A stretch of DNA of 64,000 nucleotides, from contig NC_058383.1 of assembly GCF_018350175.1 (NCBI RefSeq), positions 23,376,001-23,440,000 of the forward strand. Reading direction: 5' to 3'. Positions 12,991 to 24,820 of this stretch are shown in pieces. Under the pieces are notes generated by a model that was not told the DNA's origin, searched no databases, and was given only the letters and a program-made list of their open reading frames with translations. This DNA is from Felis catus. Taxonomy: Eukaryota. Numbering within the stretch: position 1 is the first letter of the stretch; every line of letters begins with the position of its first letter. The position numbers and the translations under genes are program-made.

Positions 12991-13414
12991 TTTTTAAATT
13001 TCGTTTAAATGTTTGGGGCACCTGGGTGGCTCAGTCGGTTAAGTGGCCGACTTCAGCTCAGGTCATGATCTCATGGCCCGTGAGTTCGAGCCCCGCGTCG
13101 GGCCCTGTGCGGACAGCTCAGAGCCTGGAGCCTGTTTCGGATTCTGTGTCTCCCTCTCTCTGATCCTCCCCCGTTCATGCTCTCTCTCTCAAAAATAAAT
13201 AAATGTTTAAAAAAAATTTCATTTAAATGTTTGAGAGACAGACACAGTGTAAGCAGGGGAGGGGCAGAGAGAGGGGGAGACACAGAATCTGAAGCAGGTT
13301 CCAGGCTCTGAGCTGTCCACATAGAGCCCAAAGCAGGGCTTGAACCCACGAACCGTGAGATCGTGACCTGAGCCAAAGCTGGACGCTGAACTGACTGAGC
13401 CACCCAGGTGCCCC
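12991..13414 (-). mobile_element. Can-SINE (host of the nested SINEs)
   Basis: Body at 13233-13414; TSD tatttgccaaatattt at 12745-12760 and 13415-13430. Confidence 0.9.
13015..13213 (+). mobile_element. Felid Can-SINE nested in the previous SINE
   Basis: TSD aaatttc(g/a)tttaaatgttt at 12996-13014 and 13214-13232. Confidence 0.93.
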
Positions 13415-13990
13415 TATTTGCCAAATATTTATCGACAACATTCATTATGTGCTGATCATGAGACACAATGGTGGGTGCCTGATTTTTGTGATGACATCTC
13501 TCCTGATTCCATACCTTTGACCATTCATCCTCAATCTTCTTCATGAATTTGTTTTCCCTTCTTCTGTCAGCCCAGGTCTCTGCCACTCTCCCCCAGCAAC
13601 CTCAGTTACTCTAGTGACTTCAAGAAGTCACTAATGCCCCCAAATCTCTATCTCTAAATGCAACCTTTCTCTCAGTCTCCATAAGGATACTTCCAGTGGC
13701 TTCCGGGACATTTGATCCAGGCTGGGTGGGGAGAGGGCGGGGTGGTAAGGAGTTGTGTCTACCATGTGCCAGGCGCTGTGCTAGTTACTGGAACTAGAAG
13801 GCAAATTTCCTCAAGAAGGTCATGGTCAAGTGGAAAGTTAAGTCTGCATAATTTCAGATACACTAAGCACACATCCAAACACGTACAGCACTGTCCACTC
13901 TGGAATATGTGACATCTGATCTCTGACAGGGCTCGTGTGATAACATTGCACAACCACAGGGGTTGTCTACACTGTGAATAAGATCCTCTT

Positions 13991-14172
13991 GGGACACCTC
14001 GGACAAGTGTCTGACTTCGGCTCACGTCATGATCTCACAGTTGGTGAGTTCGAGCCCCACACATCAGGATCTCTGTTGTCAGTACAGAGTCTGCTTCAGA
14101 TCCTCTGTCCCTCCCCTGCTTATGCCTAATTCTCTCTCTCTCTCTCAAAAATAAACAAACAAACAAACAAAA
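13991..14172 (+). mobile_element. Can-SINE with degraded head
   Basis: gacttcggctca...gagttcgagcccc...ctctcaaaaataaac; near-TSD aaga(t/c)cctct. Confidence 0.85.
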
Positions 14173-14498
14173 AAGACCCTCTATGGTTCAACAGTACACA
14201 ACCTATACAGCCTTACATGGCAGCTTCCATGGGACTCCATGTGGGGCTGAGAAAGCAATAGGCTGGAACATTAGCCCTGATGGCTCACTTGGTGGTTTCC
14301 CTGATGATCAATGGGTTGGACATGGATTATGTTTCCCCACTTTGAAAATAGAGTCCTTTAGGAGCAAAGTTCTGAAATAACAGCCTCCTCCAAATAAGAA
14401 AAGAGAAGCAAAGCCCTAAGGTCGTGGACCCTCTTTTCATGAGGCCCCCAAGTAAATGTAAATCACTGAAATAAAAGAATTTCTCCTTTACCATCTAG

Positions 14499-14750
14499 AC
14501 ACAAGGTTGCAAACAGGTGCATGCCGTGTGTGACCTGCAGAGGTATTTTGAATTTATCTGCAACTAATTCCATGTAAAAATCCAGATGTTTAGCTTCTTT
14601 GGAAAAAACTGGAAGCCCACATTCCCACATGGCAACTGTCAGCTGGAGGGGAGTGGTAGCATCCCCGTGAGGTGGGGGAGGGCTTCCAGTTCTCCTCAGC
14701 CCCACCTCTGCCCGTCACCTCCCTGACCTGCCCGACCCCTGTAGTCAGTC
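14499..14750 (+). mobile_element. MER102-like hAT fragment
   Basis: aaatccagatgtttagcttctttggaaaaaactggaag...cattcccacatggcaactgtcagctggag. Confidence 0.65.
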
Positions 14751-16019
14751 ATATTAACTTCAACGTAAAAAAATTCTTTTTACCTAGAAATGGCCTCCTA
14801 ATTATTTTATTGATTTGCAGAGTCCATTAATTTATTGAATTTTCTAGTGATAACAAGTCTTGGCTACAGAATAAAGAAGAAAAACCGTGTAACAGAACAG
14901 ATTCCAAGAGCTGTTCTGCTCACGGCACACAAACAACCAGTTAGTCCCGAGGAAGCACCACTCTCCTCCCCTCACCTCTCTGGCAAAAGTCATCCAGCAA
15001 TGAGTTTATTTTCAAAATCATCCCAGATCTACCTGGAAATGAGCTCAGAGATCTCCCAGAGCTGGTGCAATTGGTTGTATCTCTAAGGCAAGGGCTCCCC
15101 TGCAGGGGGAATCAGGCCATTTTACATTAACCCTTTGTGACCCGAGCAGACACTGATGAAAGAAGAAATCCGATTCATAAGCCAGCTCACAAAAGAACTG
15201 CATGCAAGGCCACACAAGACACGGCATTTTCCTCCAAAAAATCACCAGATGTTTAAAAAGGTCTCTACTGAAGGACTAGAGCAGGCTTTTTTGTTTCTTG
15301 TTTTGAGCAGCAAGGAGCTGGTTTACCTTTTAGGAAAGGCTATTTAGAGGTGTGATTTGAGAGAAATATTTTTATATTCATATTTCTCAATGTTGTGAGC
15401 ATGGCTTTCTACCACCTCCATTCACCAGTGGCTAATAGAGGATACAGATGGGGTGCACTGACACATCAGGAGCTCTGAGAAATTTCTGCAGCATGGATAG
15501 GACAGGGTGAAAGGAGTTCTCTGAGTTCTGACACCTTCTTGGAAAGGTGGTGTGTTCGGGAAGTCATGGGGAGAAGGTGGTAGGAACCCCACACCCACCC
15601 TTGTCCCTAAGCCAGAGGGTCATGGGCTCCAGGCATCAGCAGGTTGAAACCAGGCTCCTGGTCCCTTTCTGGACGCCTCCGCAGGCCCCAGAACAGCTTG
15701 CAAGACAGGCTCCCTTGGGTTAAGACCAACCTGGAGGGACCACCCCCTGCAGCCCACCAGGGGAGGTCATCCTCAAACTCCCTATGAAGGGACAGATCAA
15801 CAAGCCCAAATAAGTAACTGATATTCCCCCATCTGTCCCCCCACACACTTGGACAAACCACCTGATGTAAGTAGCTGGTTTTCACACGCGGAAAACAGCA
15901 GCAGAAGGAAAAACACACGGCTCCTTCAATAGCAAGCACACCCTCAGGTGTTCACAAGAGCTGGGATTGATCATTTCTCAGGTCCTGGTGGATGTTCTTT
16001 TATCTACTCCTCCTCCCAT

Positions 16020-16600
16020 CATGCCTGCCACTCCTTTCCACCACCCCCCGCCCCCACCTGGAGAGTCTCTGCTTCCAAAGTTACTTCTCCAAAAGGCCAG
16101 ACTGATGGCGTCATCACCCTTGCCAGTTCCACCCCTCATATACATCCCTCCAGGGCTCCCCTTGCTCTAAGGATGAAGCCTGGGCCCATAACTGTGACCA
16201 GGACAACCCTTCTGACCTCATCTGGTACTGCTCCACACCTCTACCCCTCAACTGCCCTGCCCTCCTCACCCCCACCCCCATATTTTTATTTTTATTCAGA
16301 TGCCTCAGATAGCTCAGGCTTCCAAAGCCTTTGCATGCCCTCTGCCTGGCAAGCTCTTCCGCCACCCACTTTGGCTTGCTTGATGCCTCTTCATCCTTCG
16401 GATCACAGCTCAAATGCCACCTCCTCCAGGAAGCATCCCTGGCCTTCCTCCCCACTCCATTACACTTTTAGTTTGTAATTAGACTCTGCTTGTGTTTATT
16501 AACGTGATCATTAGATTAACACCTGATGACTACCCAATTGACTGTTGATCCCATGAGAGCAAAGACTATGTCTGCAGCACCGGCACCTAGAACAGTGTAA
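16020..16600 (+). mobile_element. L2 fragment
   Basis: tcttcatccttcggatcacagctcaaatgccacctcctccaggaagcatccctg ... ggcacctagaacagtg. Confidence 0.7.
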
Positions 16601-17642
16601 CTGAACCTATTTTGAAAGGATAATTTGAGTGAAGATCAAGCTTAGAACCCAGCATCCCTAGCTGAGGCAGGGATGGGAGGCTGGATTTAAAAGCCCAAAC
16701 TCAGAACTCCCTAGCCAAGCCAACTCTCAACAGGCGATGGACAGAGTAAAACCGTCCACTTACAGATCTGTGTTTAGTGAGATCTTTTCATACTGGTGGA
16801 AAAGTCTCTACCTTCTCTTATACCCTGTATTAGACACATTATACGCTTGGATCCTAGGTGTGCCACAGACTCGGGTTTTGTTTCTGGTGTCTGTGACAAA
16901 GCCCCGTGCAGGGGCGCCCAGGGACTCCATTCCTTCCATTATCCCCAAGCTTAACCCCACCCCCACACACAAGCTTCTGGGTCCCTAAAATTGGCCACTG
17001 ACTGACAGTCTTTGGGGTTTCCCTCCCTTTTCTCAGTATGGACCTGGAGGTCCCTCTTATAAAAATCTTGGCAAATATGAGAAGCAGCATGAGGCATACA
17101 AAAATATTTTTATAATAATTGTATATTAATATTTATAATCATTTTTTATTTATGGGGAAATTAAGTTACTGCCAAATAAAAAAGAAGAGGAGGAGGAAGG
17201 AAAGGCAGAAGGGAAGTGGAAGGGAAGGTGAAAATAGTAAGATATCTGATCTGTGATTTCCACAAGATCCAGGAAGTCTTTCTGATCTATGAAATGGGGA
17301 CAAGTGGTCCCAATGAGAAATTAATTTTGGATTAGGAAGTGTTATCTAAAGATAAAAAACACAATCAAAATAATCAAGTTAGAAGCCACTTTGGAGGCAG
17401 CTTAGGAGACAAAGCCACACCAAGGACAGAGTCGTAGAAGTAGAAGAAAAACTTGAGAAAATGCACTCCCTCTCCCACTAAACTCAGAGGAAATGGGAAT
17501 GTGATAAAAATCATGAGAGAAAGCAAACCAACCAACCAAACAAACAAAAAAAAGTAGTAGAAATCTCGAAAGGAGCAGACATACTACAGAATAGAAGAAG
17601 AAACAGGGATCAAATAAAGGTAAAATTTAAAAGCAGAGGCTG

Positions 17643-18011
17643 ATTTGCAACAACATGGATGGAACTAGAGTGTATTATGCTAAGCGAAATAAGCCAGTCA
17701 GAGAAAGACAAATAGCATATGACTTCACTCATATGTGGAATTTAAGATACAAAACAGATGAACATAAGGGAAGGGAAGGAAAAATAATATAAAAACAGAG
17801 AGGGAGGCAACCCATAAGAGACTCTTAAATAAGAAAACAAACTGAGGGTTGTTGGGGGGGTGGGCTAAATGGGCGAGGACATTAAGGAGGGCATTTGTTG
17901 GGATGAGCACTGGCTGTTATATCTAAGTGATGAATCACTAAATTCTATTCCTGCAATCATTATTACACTATATGTTAACTAACTTGGATGTAAATTAAAA
18001 AAAAATAAAAA
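17643..18011 (+). mobile_element. Carnivore L1 3' end
   Basis: atttgcaacaacatggatggaactagag...agagaaagacaaat...gttaactaacttgga followed by an A tail. Confidence 0.9.
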
Positions 18012-18014
18012 TTA

Positions 18015-18330
18015 AGATAAAAGAACGCAAACGCAAAAGGCTGCATATTGTATGATTCCATTTATAGGAAGTATTTGGAATAGGAAAACCTGTAGAGATA
18101 GAAAGCAGATTAATGGTTGCCAGGGACTGGTGGAGTGGGGAAAAGGGAGGAGGGAAGGGAATCGGGAGTGACTGCTAAAGAGTGTGGATTTCTTTACGGA
18201 GTGATGAAAATGTTCTGGAATTAGATAGTGGTGACAGGTGCATAACCTTGTGAATATACTAAAATCCACTGGATTACATGCTATAATATAAAATGGTGAA
18301 TTTTATGGTATGTGAACTGTGTCCCAACTT
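18015..18330 (+). mobile_element. L1MB-like 3' UTR
   Basis: atattgtatgattccattta...agatagaaagcagattaatggttgccaggg...ggtgaattttatggtatgtgaa. Confidence 0.85.
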
Positions 18331-18470
18331 GAAAACATTGGCTCAGAAAACCTATTAAAAATTGATTAACAAATTAAAAATCATCTTGAGATTAAAAAAA
18401 TGAAACAAAATTAAAGTAGGGGCTGGACTTTAGGCAAATATGATCCACACAGAGAAATACTGGAGCAAAT

Positions 18471-18836
18471 TTTTTTTTAAGTAGGCTTCATGTCGGGGCG
18501 CCTGGGTGGCTCAGTCGGTTAAGCGGCCGACTTCGGCTCAGGTCATGATCTCGTGGTCCGTGTGTTGGAGCCCCGCGTCGGGCTCTGTGCTGACAGCTCA
18601 GAGCCTGGAGCCTGTTTCGGATTCTGTGTCTCCCTCTCTCTGACCCTCCCCTGTTCATGCTCTGTCTCTCCCTGTCTCAAAAATAAATAAAAACGTTAAA
18701 AATTAAAAAAAAAAAAAAGTTGGCTTCATGTCCAGTTAGGAGCCCAACATGGGGATTGAACTCATGACCTTGAGATCAAGACCTGAACTGAGATCAAGAG
18801 TTAGATGCCTAACCGACTGAGCCACCCTGATGCCTC
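18471..18836 (-). mobile_element. Short Can-SINE, interrupted by a younger SINE
   Basis: TSD actggagcaaattttt at 18459 and 18838. Confidence 0.85.
18495..18716 (+). mobile_element. Felid Can-SINE nested in the short SINE
   Basis: TSD aagt(a/t)ggcttcatgtc at 18479-18494 and 18717-18732. Confidence 0.95.
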
Positions 18837-19268
18837 AACTGGAGCAAATTTTTTAAATTCCTGTAAATATCTAGGGGAAACGTTGTGTTGGCTTTGGACT
18901 TGCTCTCTAGGGCACTAAATGGTGGGAAACACTGGAGCATCAGTTATATAGCACTGCAGTTGTGACCAAAGGATCCCATATCCAGCCAAGATGTAATTTG
19001 GGGGAAGTCACCAGAAAGATTTTCTCAAACACGCAAAGACCCATCCTGAGTAAAATACTTGGAGACCCATGCTGGAAAAATGAAATAGCAATCAGAGGTA
19101 AACAGTCAAGAATGAGGAAACAGTGGCTGGCAAAGACGTGTGGTACCTTTGGCAACCAGTGAAACAGAATAGAAATGATAACTCTGAAATACTGTTTTAG
19201 TATGGATACAAGCTTGATAGTCCCCCTCCCACAAGTTTTCTTTTTATAATTAAAAAAGTGATGGGGTT

Positions 19269-19399
19269 GGGGTGCCTGGATGGCTCAGACGGTTAAGTGA
19301 CCAACTCTTGATGTCAGCATAGGTCTTGATATCAGGGTTGTGAGTTCAAGCCCAGCTTTGGGTTCCATGCTGGGTGTTAAGCCTACTTAAAAAAAAAAA
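19269..19399 (+). mobile_element. Short Can-SINE variant
   Basis: ggggtgcctggatggctcag...gcctacttaaaaa; near-TSD aaaaaagtgatgg(g/t)gtt. Confidence 0.88.
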
Positions 19400-21644
19400 A
19401 AAAAAGTGATGGTGTTAAATTCACAAAGTCTGGGGCAGGAAAAAGATCACAAATAAAATATTTCATCTTCCACAAAAAAAGGAGCATTCTTTCCAAAATT
19501 GCAGTTCTGGAATTGACTCTGATGGTTTAATCAAAGAATACCTTTGCAGATCTTGAAGGTAGCTACTAACAGAATTAAAGTCAAGGTATATGCCTTCCAA
19601 GTTTTCATAAAACATAACAGAAATCAAAACAATTTATGGAGGAAAAGAGAAAATAAAAAAAATAATACGGGAAACATTAAACACAAGATGATGAAAGCGA
19701 GGCAGGGTCAGCAGGTAGAAAACGACTACTGAGATAGTCACAAAATAGTCTGTGTGGCCCACACCAGTAGTGCCAGTGGGGATGAAGCCAGGGCCGTGTT
19801 TGGGGACCATTTAAGAAACTGCACCTGATGACTTGATGACTGACCGGACAGGAGGTTTGGGACTGAAAGAGAGGGAAGAAATCAAGGATCCCAGGTTCAT
19901 GGCCAGAAGGATGAAAAAAGAGACTCAGACACAAAGCATCAGTCCAGCTTCAGACACATTAATCTGCTGTGCCTGGGACATCTCTGCCGACCCATAGGCT
20001 GTTTAGATGTGTGGCCTGGACAACAGAATTCCCACTGCAGTAGGAGGGCAGGGTCCACCCTGCCAGCGTCTTCACCATTTACGATACGTGCAGGAAGTTT
20101 TCAGCTCAAGACTTTATGAAGGCCACAAAAAGATTTATTTAGAATTATACAGCCCCACCAAGGAATGGGAACCATATACATTTCACTCCAAATGGAGGAA
20201 TGACTAGAAACAACACAGTCTGGATGATTTATACCCGCAGTTCTGATTTTCGTCTCCGGAAAGGAAACGGTGAGGACTCCGATGTCATGCTCAGTGCCCA
20301 GGCTTATTTTCAATTCTGACTCTACCACTTATCAGCTTTTGTGCCTCAGTTTCCTCGATGACACCCTGAGGATGACATCATACCCACGTCACTGGGTTGT
20401 TATGAGGACTGGCACGCATTAAAGGCTCGGACAGTGCTCGGCACGCTGCATGACCTGACCCACCACTGTTATGATCAAGATCCAACCTAGATTCTCCTCC
20501 GCGGCTTCTTCATCCCCAACTTCACTGTTTAAGGCAGCTGCCATGTCTGCTTTTAATCCAGGCTTTATTGTTTTCCACAACTATTCTTGCTTATTGCCCC
20601 TGCACTTGCATAAAGGTCTGATGAAGTACCAAGATTATTAATGGTATTGTAAGGAGGCATTCCCTCCCTCCAAAAGGATCCCAGAAAGTTTCAACAAAAC
20701 ACTGAACGTAGCTGATTAAAAAATACATTGATCAAAACATCTAATTGTATATGTATATGTGTAGGGATGCGTATGTGTGTGTGTGTTTACTGGAATGTTG
20801 GGTTCAACACCTGACACCAGCAAAGCTACCCTCCAAGATGCTCTACAGAAGGCCACTAGTCTGCAAATGGCTTTATCCTGTAGTCTGCAAATGGCTCCAT
20901 CAGGTTACGGCTTCAAGACATCACTCCCTGGTCTATAGGTTAAGTGTTCTGGTCAGCTCTTGCCATACAGAAGCAGTGTTCACAGATTTGGGTTGGATGA
21001 GACACTTCTCAATGTGATCTGGGCTGACAGTGAACTTCCCCCGCTGGACATGACTGCTGACACCACCGGGCTTCCTTCACTGTTTCCCAAACTTACAATA
21101 ATGACAACCAGCAGGACACAGATAGAGCCTTGGTCTCCACAGGCCAGTCGCAATCATCCCCACAACAGAAAGGATGGCCTGGTGCAATGCCCAAGACATT
21201 CTCCCAAACACGAACTCAGAATATCCCTGTTATTCATGGCACTAGCTCTTCTGGAACGATCCCCCTCTTCATTCCCTACGTAAGCCTCTCTCCAACCACA
21301 CTCCGGGTGAGGCAGCCAGGTCCACATTCTGTCCCACCCACAGTTTACCTTTCCTTCCCTGCTTATTGCCTTGTGGTCCAGGCCACGGGGAGCGGTGTCC
21401 ACACAAAGGACATGACCTGTGCCTCTGTTCCTTGTGCTGAGCCCCAGCTGTGTTCTTGGTTCACTCCTTTCTATATCATTAAAACACTCCAGAATTCCTT
21501 CTTTTTATCTCATGTGACTCCCCAGCTATCTTTCCAGTCAAGACCTGTCCTCTCAAACCCACTGACTTTGTATATATTCCATTTCTACTTATATTACAGA
21601 CCATTCCCAAGCCACCAGACCTTTATGAACCCTGTCAAAAGTCA

Positions 21645-21858
21645 GGGTGCCTGGGTGGCTCAGTCGGTTAAGCGTCCGACTTCGACTCAGGTCATGATCT
21701 CGCCATTCCCAAGTTCAAACCCTAAGTCAGGCTCTGTGTTGACAGCTCAGAGCCTGGAGCCTGCTTCAGTTTGTGTGTCTCCCTCTCTCTCTGCCCCTCT
21801 CCACTCATGCACGCGTGCTCTCTCTCTCAAAAATAAATAAGCATTAAAAAAAAAAAAA
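21645..21858 (+). mobile_element. Can-SINE
   Basis: Full body; near-TSD ending tcaaaag on both sides. Confidence 0.92.
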
Positions 21859-21869
21859 ACCTTTCAAAA

Positions 21870-22520
21870 GAAAAATGGTTCCCCACTCAATACTTCTGAC
21901 ACACAATGGGTAGGTTTTCCACTCCAACCAATTCTCCGGTTCTCTGTGGACACCAACGGGGTATCCTCCAATTTAATTCAACTCTGACACTAACTCCTCA
22001 CAACACAGACAGCACAGGTGAAGGGTCAGTCCCACGAGACTGCCCCGGACATGTGCCAGTCACTTCTGTCCAAGTTGGCCACAAATCAGGGGTTTCCATG
22101 ATTCCCTCTTCAGGTTTGATAATTTGCCATAATGGCTTACAGAACCCAGGGAAACACTTTACTATTACCCATGCATTGTAAAGGATATTATAAAGGATAC
22201 AAATGAACAGCCAGATGAAGAAGTACATCGGATAAGGTCCAGAATGGTCTCAAATACAGGAGTTTCTGTCCCCATGAACTCAGGGCTCACCAACCTCAAA
22301 ATTATGCAAATCTTGTTATTCAAGAGTTTTACAGAGCTTATGCTCCAGACCCCCACCCCCACACACATACACTGACTCTTCTTCTGAGGGGCCAGTGGGT
22401 GGGACGGGAAGTTCCAACCTTTTCATCACTTGGCCTCTCTGGTGAGCTGCCCCATCCTGAGGTTATCTAGAGGCCCGACCCTAAGTCACCACATCAGCAT
22501 TAACTCCGTGATCTATCAAG

Positions 22521-22553
<33 letters not shown>

Positions 22554-22799
22554 GTAAAAAAGGCACTGCTATCACTCAGGGAATTCCAAAGGTTTGAGAA
22601 GCTCTGTGCCAGGACCAGGGACAAAGATGAAATAGATTGGGGCACCTGGGTGGCTCAGTTTGTTGAGCATCTGACTCTCGATTTCGGCTCTGATCATGAT
22701 CTCAGGGTCGTGGGATCGACCCTCATGCTAGGCTCTGCGCTGAGTATAGAACCTGCTTAAGATTCTCTCTCCCTCTGCCCCTCTCCCCTGCTCTCTCTT

Positions 22800-22830
<31 letters not shown>

Positions 22831-22903
22831 TTCTCAAATTAAAAAGAAAAAAGATTCCCTCTGCCCCTCTCTCACCAAGGGAGCAAATGCTCTCTCTCTC
22901 TCT

Positions 22904-22934
<31 letters not shown>

Positions 22935-22959
22935 GATGAAATATGCTTATAATACCACA
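21870..22959 (-). mobile_element. MER21-like ERV solo LTR (interrupted by a SINE)
   Basis: Minus strand begins tgtggtattataagcatatttcatct|ttgtccctggtcctggcacagagcttctcaaacctttggaattccctgagtgata; ends near gtgtcagaagtattgagtg. Confidence 0.75.
22639..22931 (+). mobile_element. Can-SINE with two 3' ends
   Basis: TSD aaagatgaaata at 22623-22634 and 22932-22943. Confidence 0.9.
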
Positions 22960-23234
22960 CCTATATAAACTAAATACTTCTTATGTACACATCATTTACC
23001 CTAATACATTTTCCTCTTCCAGTATTACAGACTCTCCTCCTTATCAGTACTACTCGTGGGGGAAGTCATGATACTTCTGTAAGATGCAGTTACCATTTCC
23101 CAGCCTGCAGGCTTTTCTATTTAATCATTATCCTGCTGGACGATGACCCACTGCTTGTTCCAATTCTCTTTCTCTTCCCAAGTCAAGAAACAGATCCTGG
23201 ACCCTTTTTATCGGCTTTGTGTTTCAGCTAAAAC

Positions 23235-23440
23235 TCACTGAGCACTAACACAGTGCCAGACACTTGTGCTCTTCACGACCTAATCTCGGTGACACCCAAC
23301 AGATGCTGTTATTAATCTTCATTTTCAAGCTGGCAAAACAAAAGCACACAGGGGTTAAGTAGTTTGCCCAAGGTAACACAGCTGGTTAGTGAAGCCAGGA
23401 TTCTAAGCCAGTCGGTCCGCTCCGTCAGCAGTATCAGTAT
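23235..23440 (-). mobile_element. MIR
   Basis: gcacacaggggttaagtagtttgcccaaggtaacacagctggttagtgaagccaggattc is the antisense MIR core. Confidence 0.75.
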
Positions 23441-24385
23441 CTCTACCCTCCGGCCTTCCCTGCCATTATGTCTGTGCACCCACCCTACCTTTCAAAAGCC
23501 CCTCGTCCACCTTGCTAGACAAGATGCACGTCGCTCCCCTTTCACAATAACCCTTAAGGTATTTCTCTGACCTTCCAGTGACATCCTGATTGGTTGCAGT
23601 CAGGCCTTCCTTAGTTTACGTGGGTTCATCGTATGCATGTTTGAAACGATGGGGACCCTCTACTTATGGTTCCACTGATTCTAAACCCCACGCTCTGAAT
23701 AATTTCCGTAAGAGTGGAGGTGAGGATGAGTTTCAGATAAGGCTTGGTGTGCAGTTCGGGCGGGATGGGTGGGGCTGTGGGTGCAGGTGCACACGGGGAA
23801 CACACAGGGGAGCACCCGGTGTGTGGCATGCCAGGGGCACACAGGGTCACTGAAGCAGAGTCGACAGGGACATTGCAGGCAATAGGGGACCTATCTCCTT
23901 ACCCTTGCCAGGAGTTGTACTGGGAACCTCACTGTTTACTAATCGCTGAACCAGAGGCCCTTCCTGTAATAACTCAGCTGCACCGTTCCGTGACAAGTGA
24001 CCACCAGAAATGAGATGTGTGCCAAGCCGTGGTGTCCATCCTGCAGTCTTCTGATACAGGACAGGACCATTAGGCGTGAAACTGAAGCAAAGTTGTGGGT
24101 TTTTTTTTTTAATGTGTTCCTGGCTCTAACCGGGCATTGCATGACACGGGCCCAGAGTGGCATCTTTAACAGATGACTCAAGCACTCTATTTCAATCTGT
24201 TCCAAGCTCTGCAGTGACAGGCGATTTTTTAAGCCTTGTCATCCTTCAGAGCCATTAAGTCAGCAGGCGCAGTTGTCTGGCACTGAGACGCGGCTACAGC
24301 TTCACAAGGTTTAGCAGACGATCCATAAAAGGCATTTCTCTCCACTCTGCAACCGCCCACCTCCCACCCACACTGCTTCACATGC

Positions 24386-24398
24386 AAAAAAAAAAAAA

Positions 24399-24437
<39 letters not shown>

Positions 24438-24490
24438 AAGAAAAAGAAAAAAACTGTACTGTCATCCCAAAAATAAATAAATAAATAAAT
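24386..24490. repeat. Compound A / (GA)n / (TAAA)n tract
   Basis: Directly visible. Confidence 0.9.
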
Positions 24491-24604
24491 GGTATGCCTT
24501 CGGTGCCCCGAATCTGGTACTGCACAAAGAATCTGCAAAGACATCCAAGTGATTCTCAGGGCTTTAATTCAAACGAGGCAGTACATGGTACTTCTTCTGT
24601 GTGT

Positions 24605-24820
24605 GCACTATGGTGTCAAATTGCCGGGGTCCGAGTCCTAGCCCTGCCGCTTAGAAGCACCGGGATCTCAGGAAGTTACTTGCCTCCCGTGAGCTTCAGT
24701 TTCCTCATACGTGACATTTGCTAGATCAACAGTACCTACCTCCATAAATTTGCAGTTAAATGAGATGATGCATGCAGGTGCCTGGCTTGGAGCAAGGGCA
24801 CGATTGGCATTAGCTATCAT
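24605..24820 (+). mobile_element. MIR
   Basis: aagttacttgcctcccgtgagcttcagtttcctcat...cagtacctacctcc. Confidence 0.7.

Noticed and set aside
20067..20269. Plus-strand exon-like segment with a protein-looking translation
   Set aside because: In-frame stop before the donor, weak acceptor and no recognisable homology
21130..21840. Longest ORF (236 aa)
   Set aside because: Non-ATG start, no recognisable domain, and the C-terminus is translated SINE
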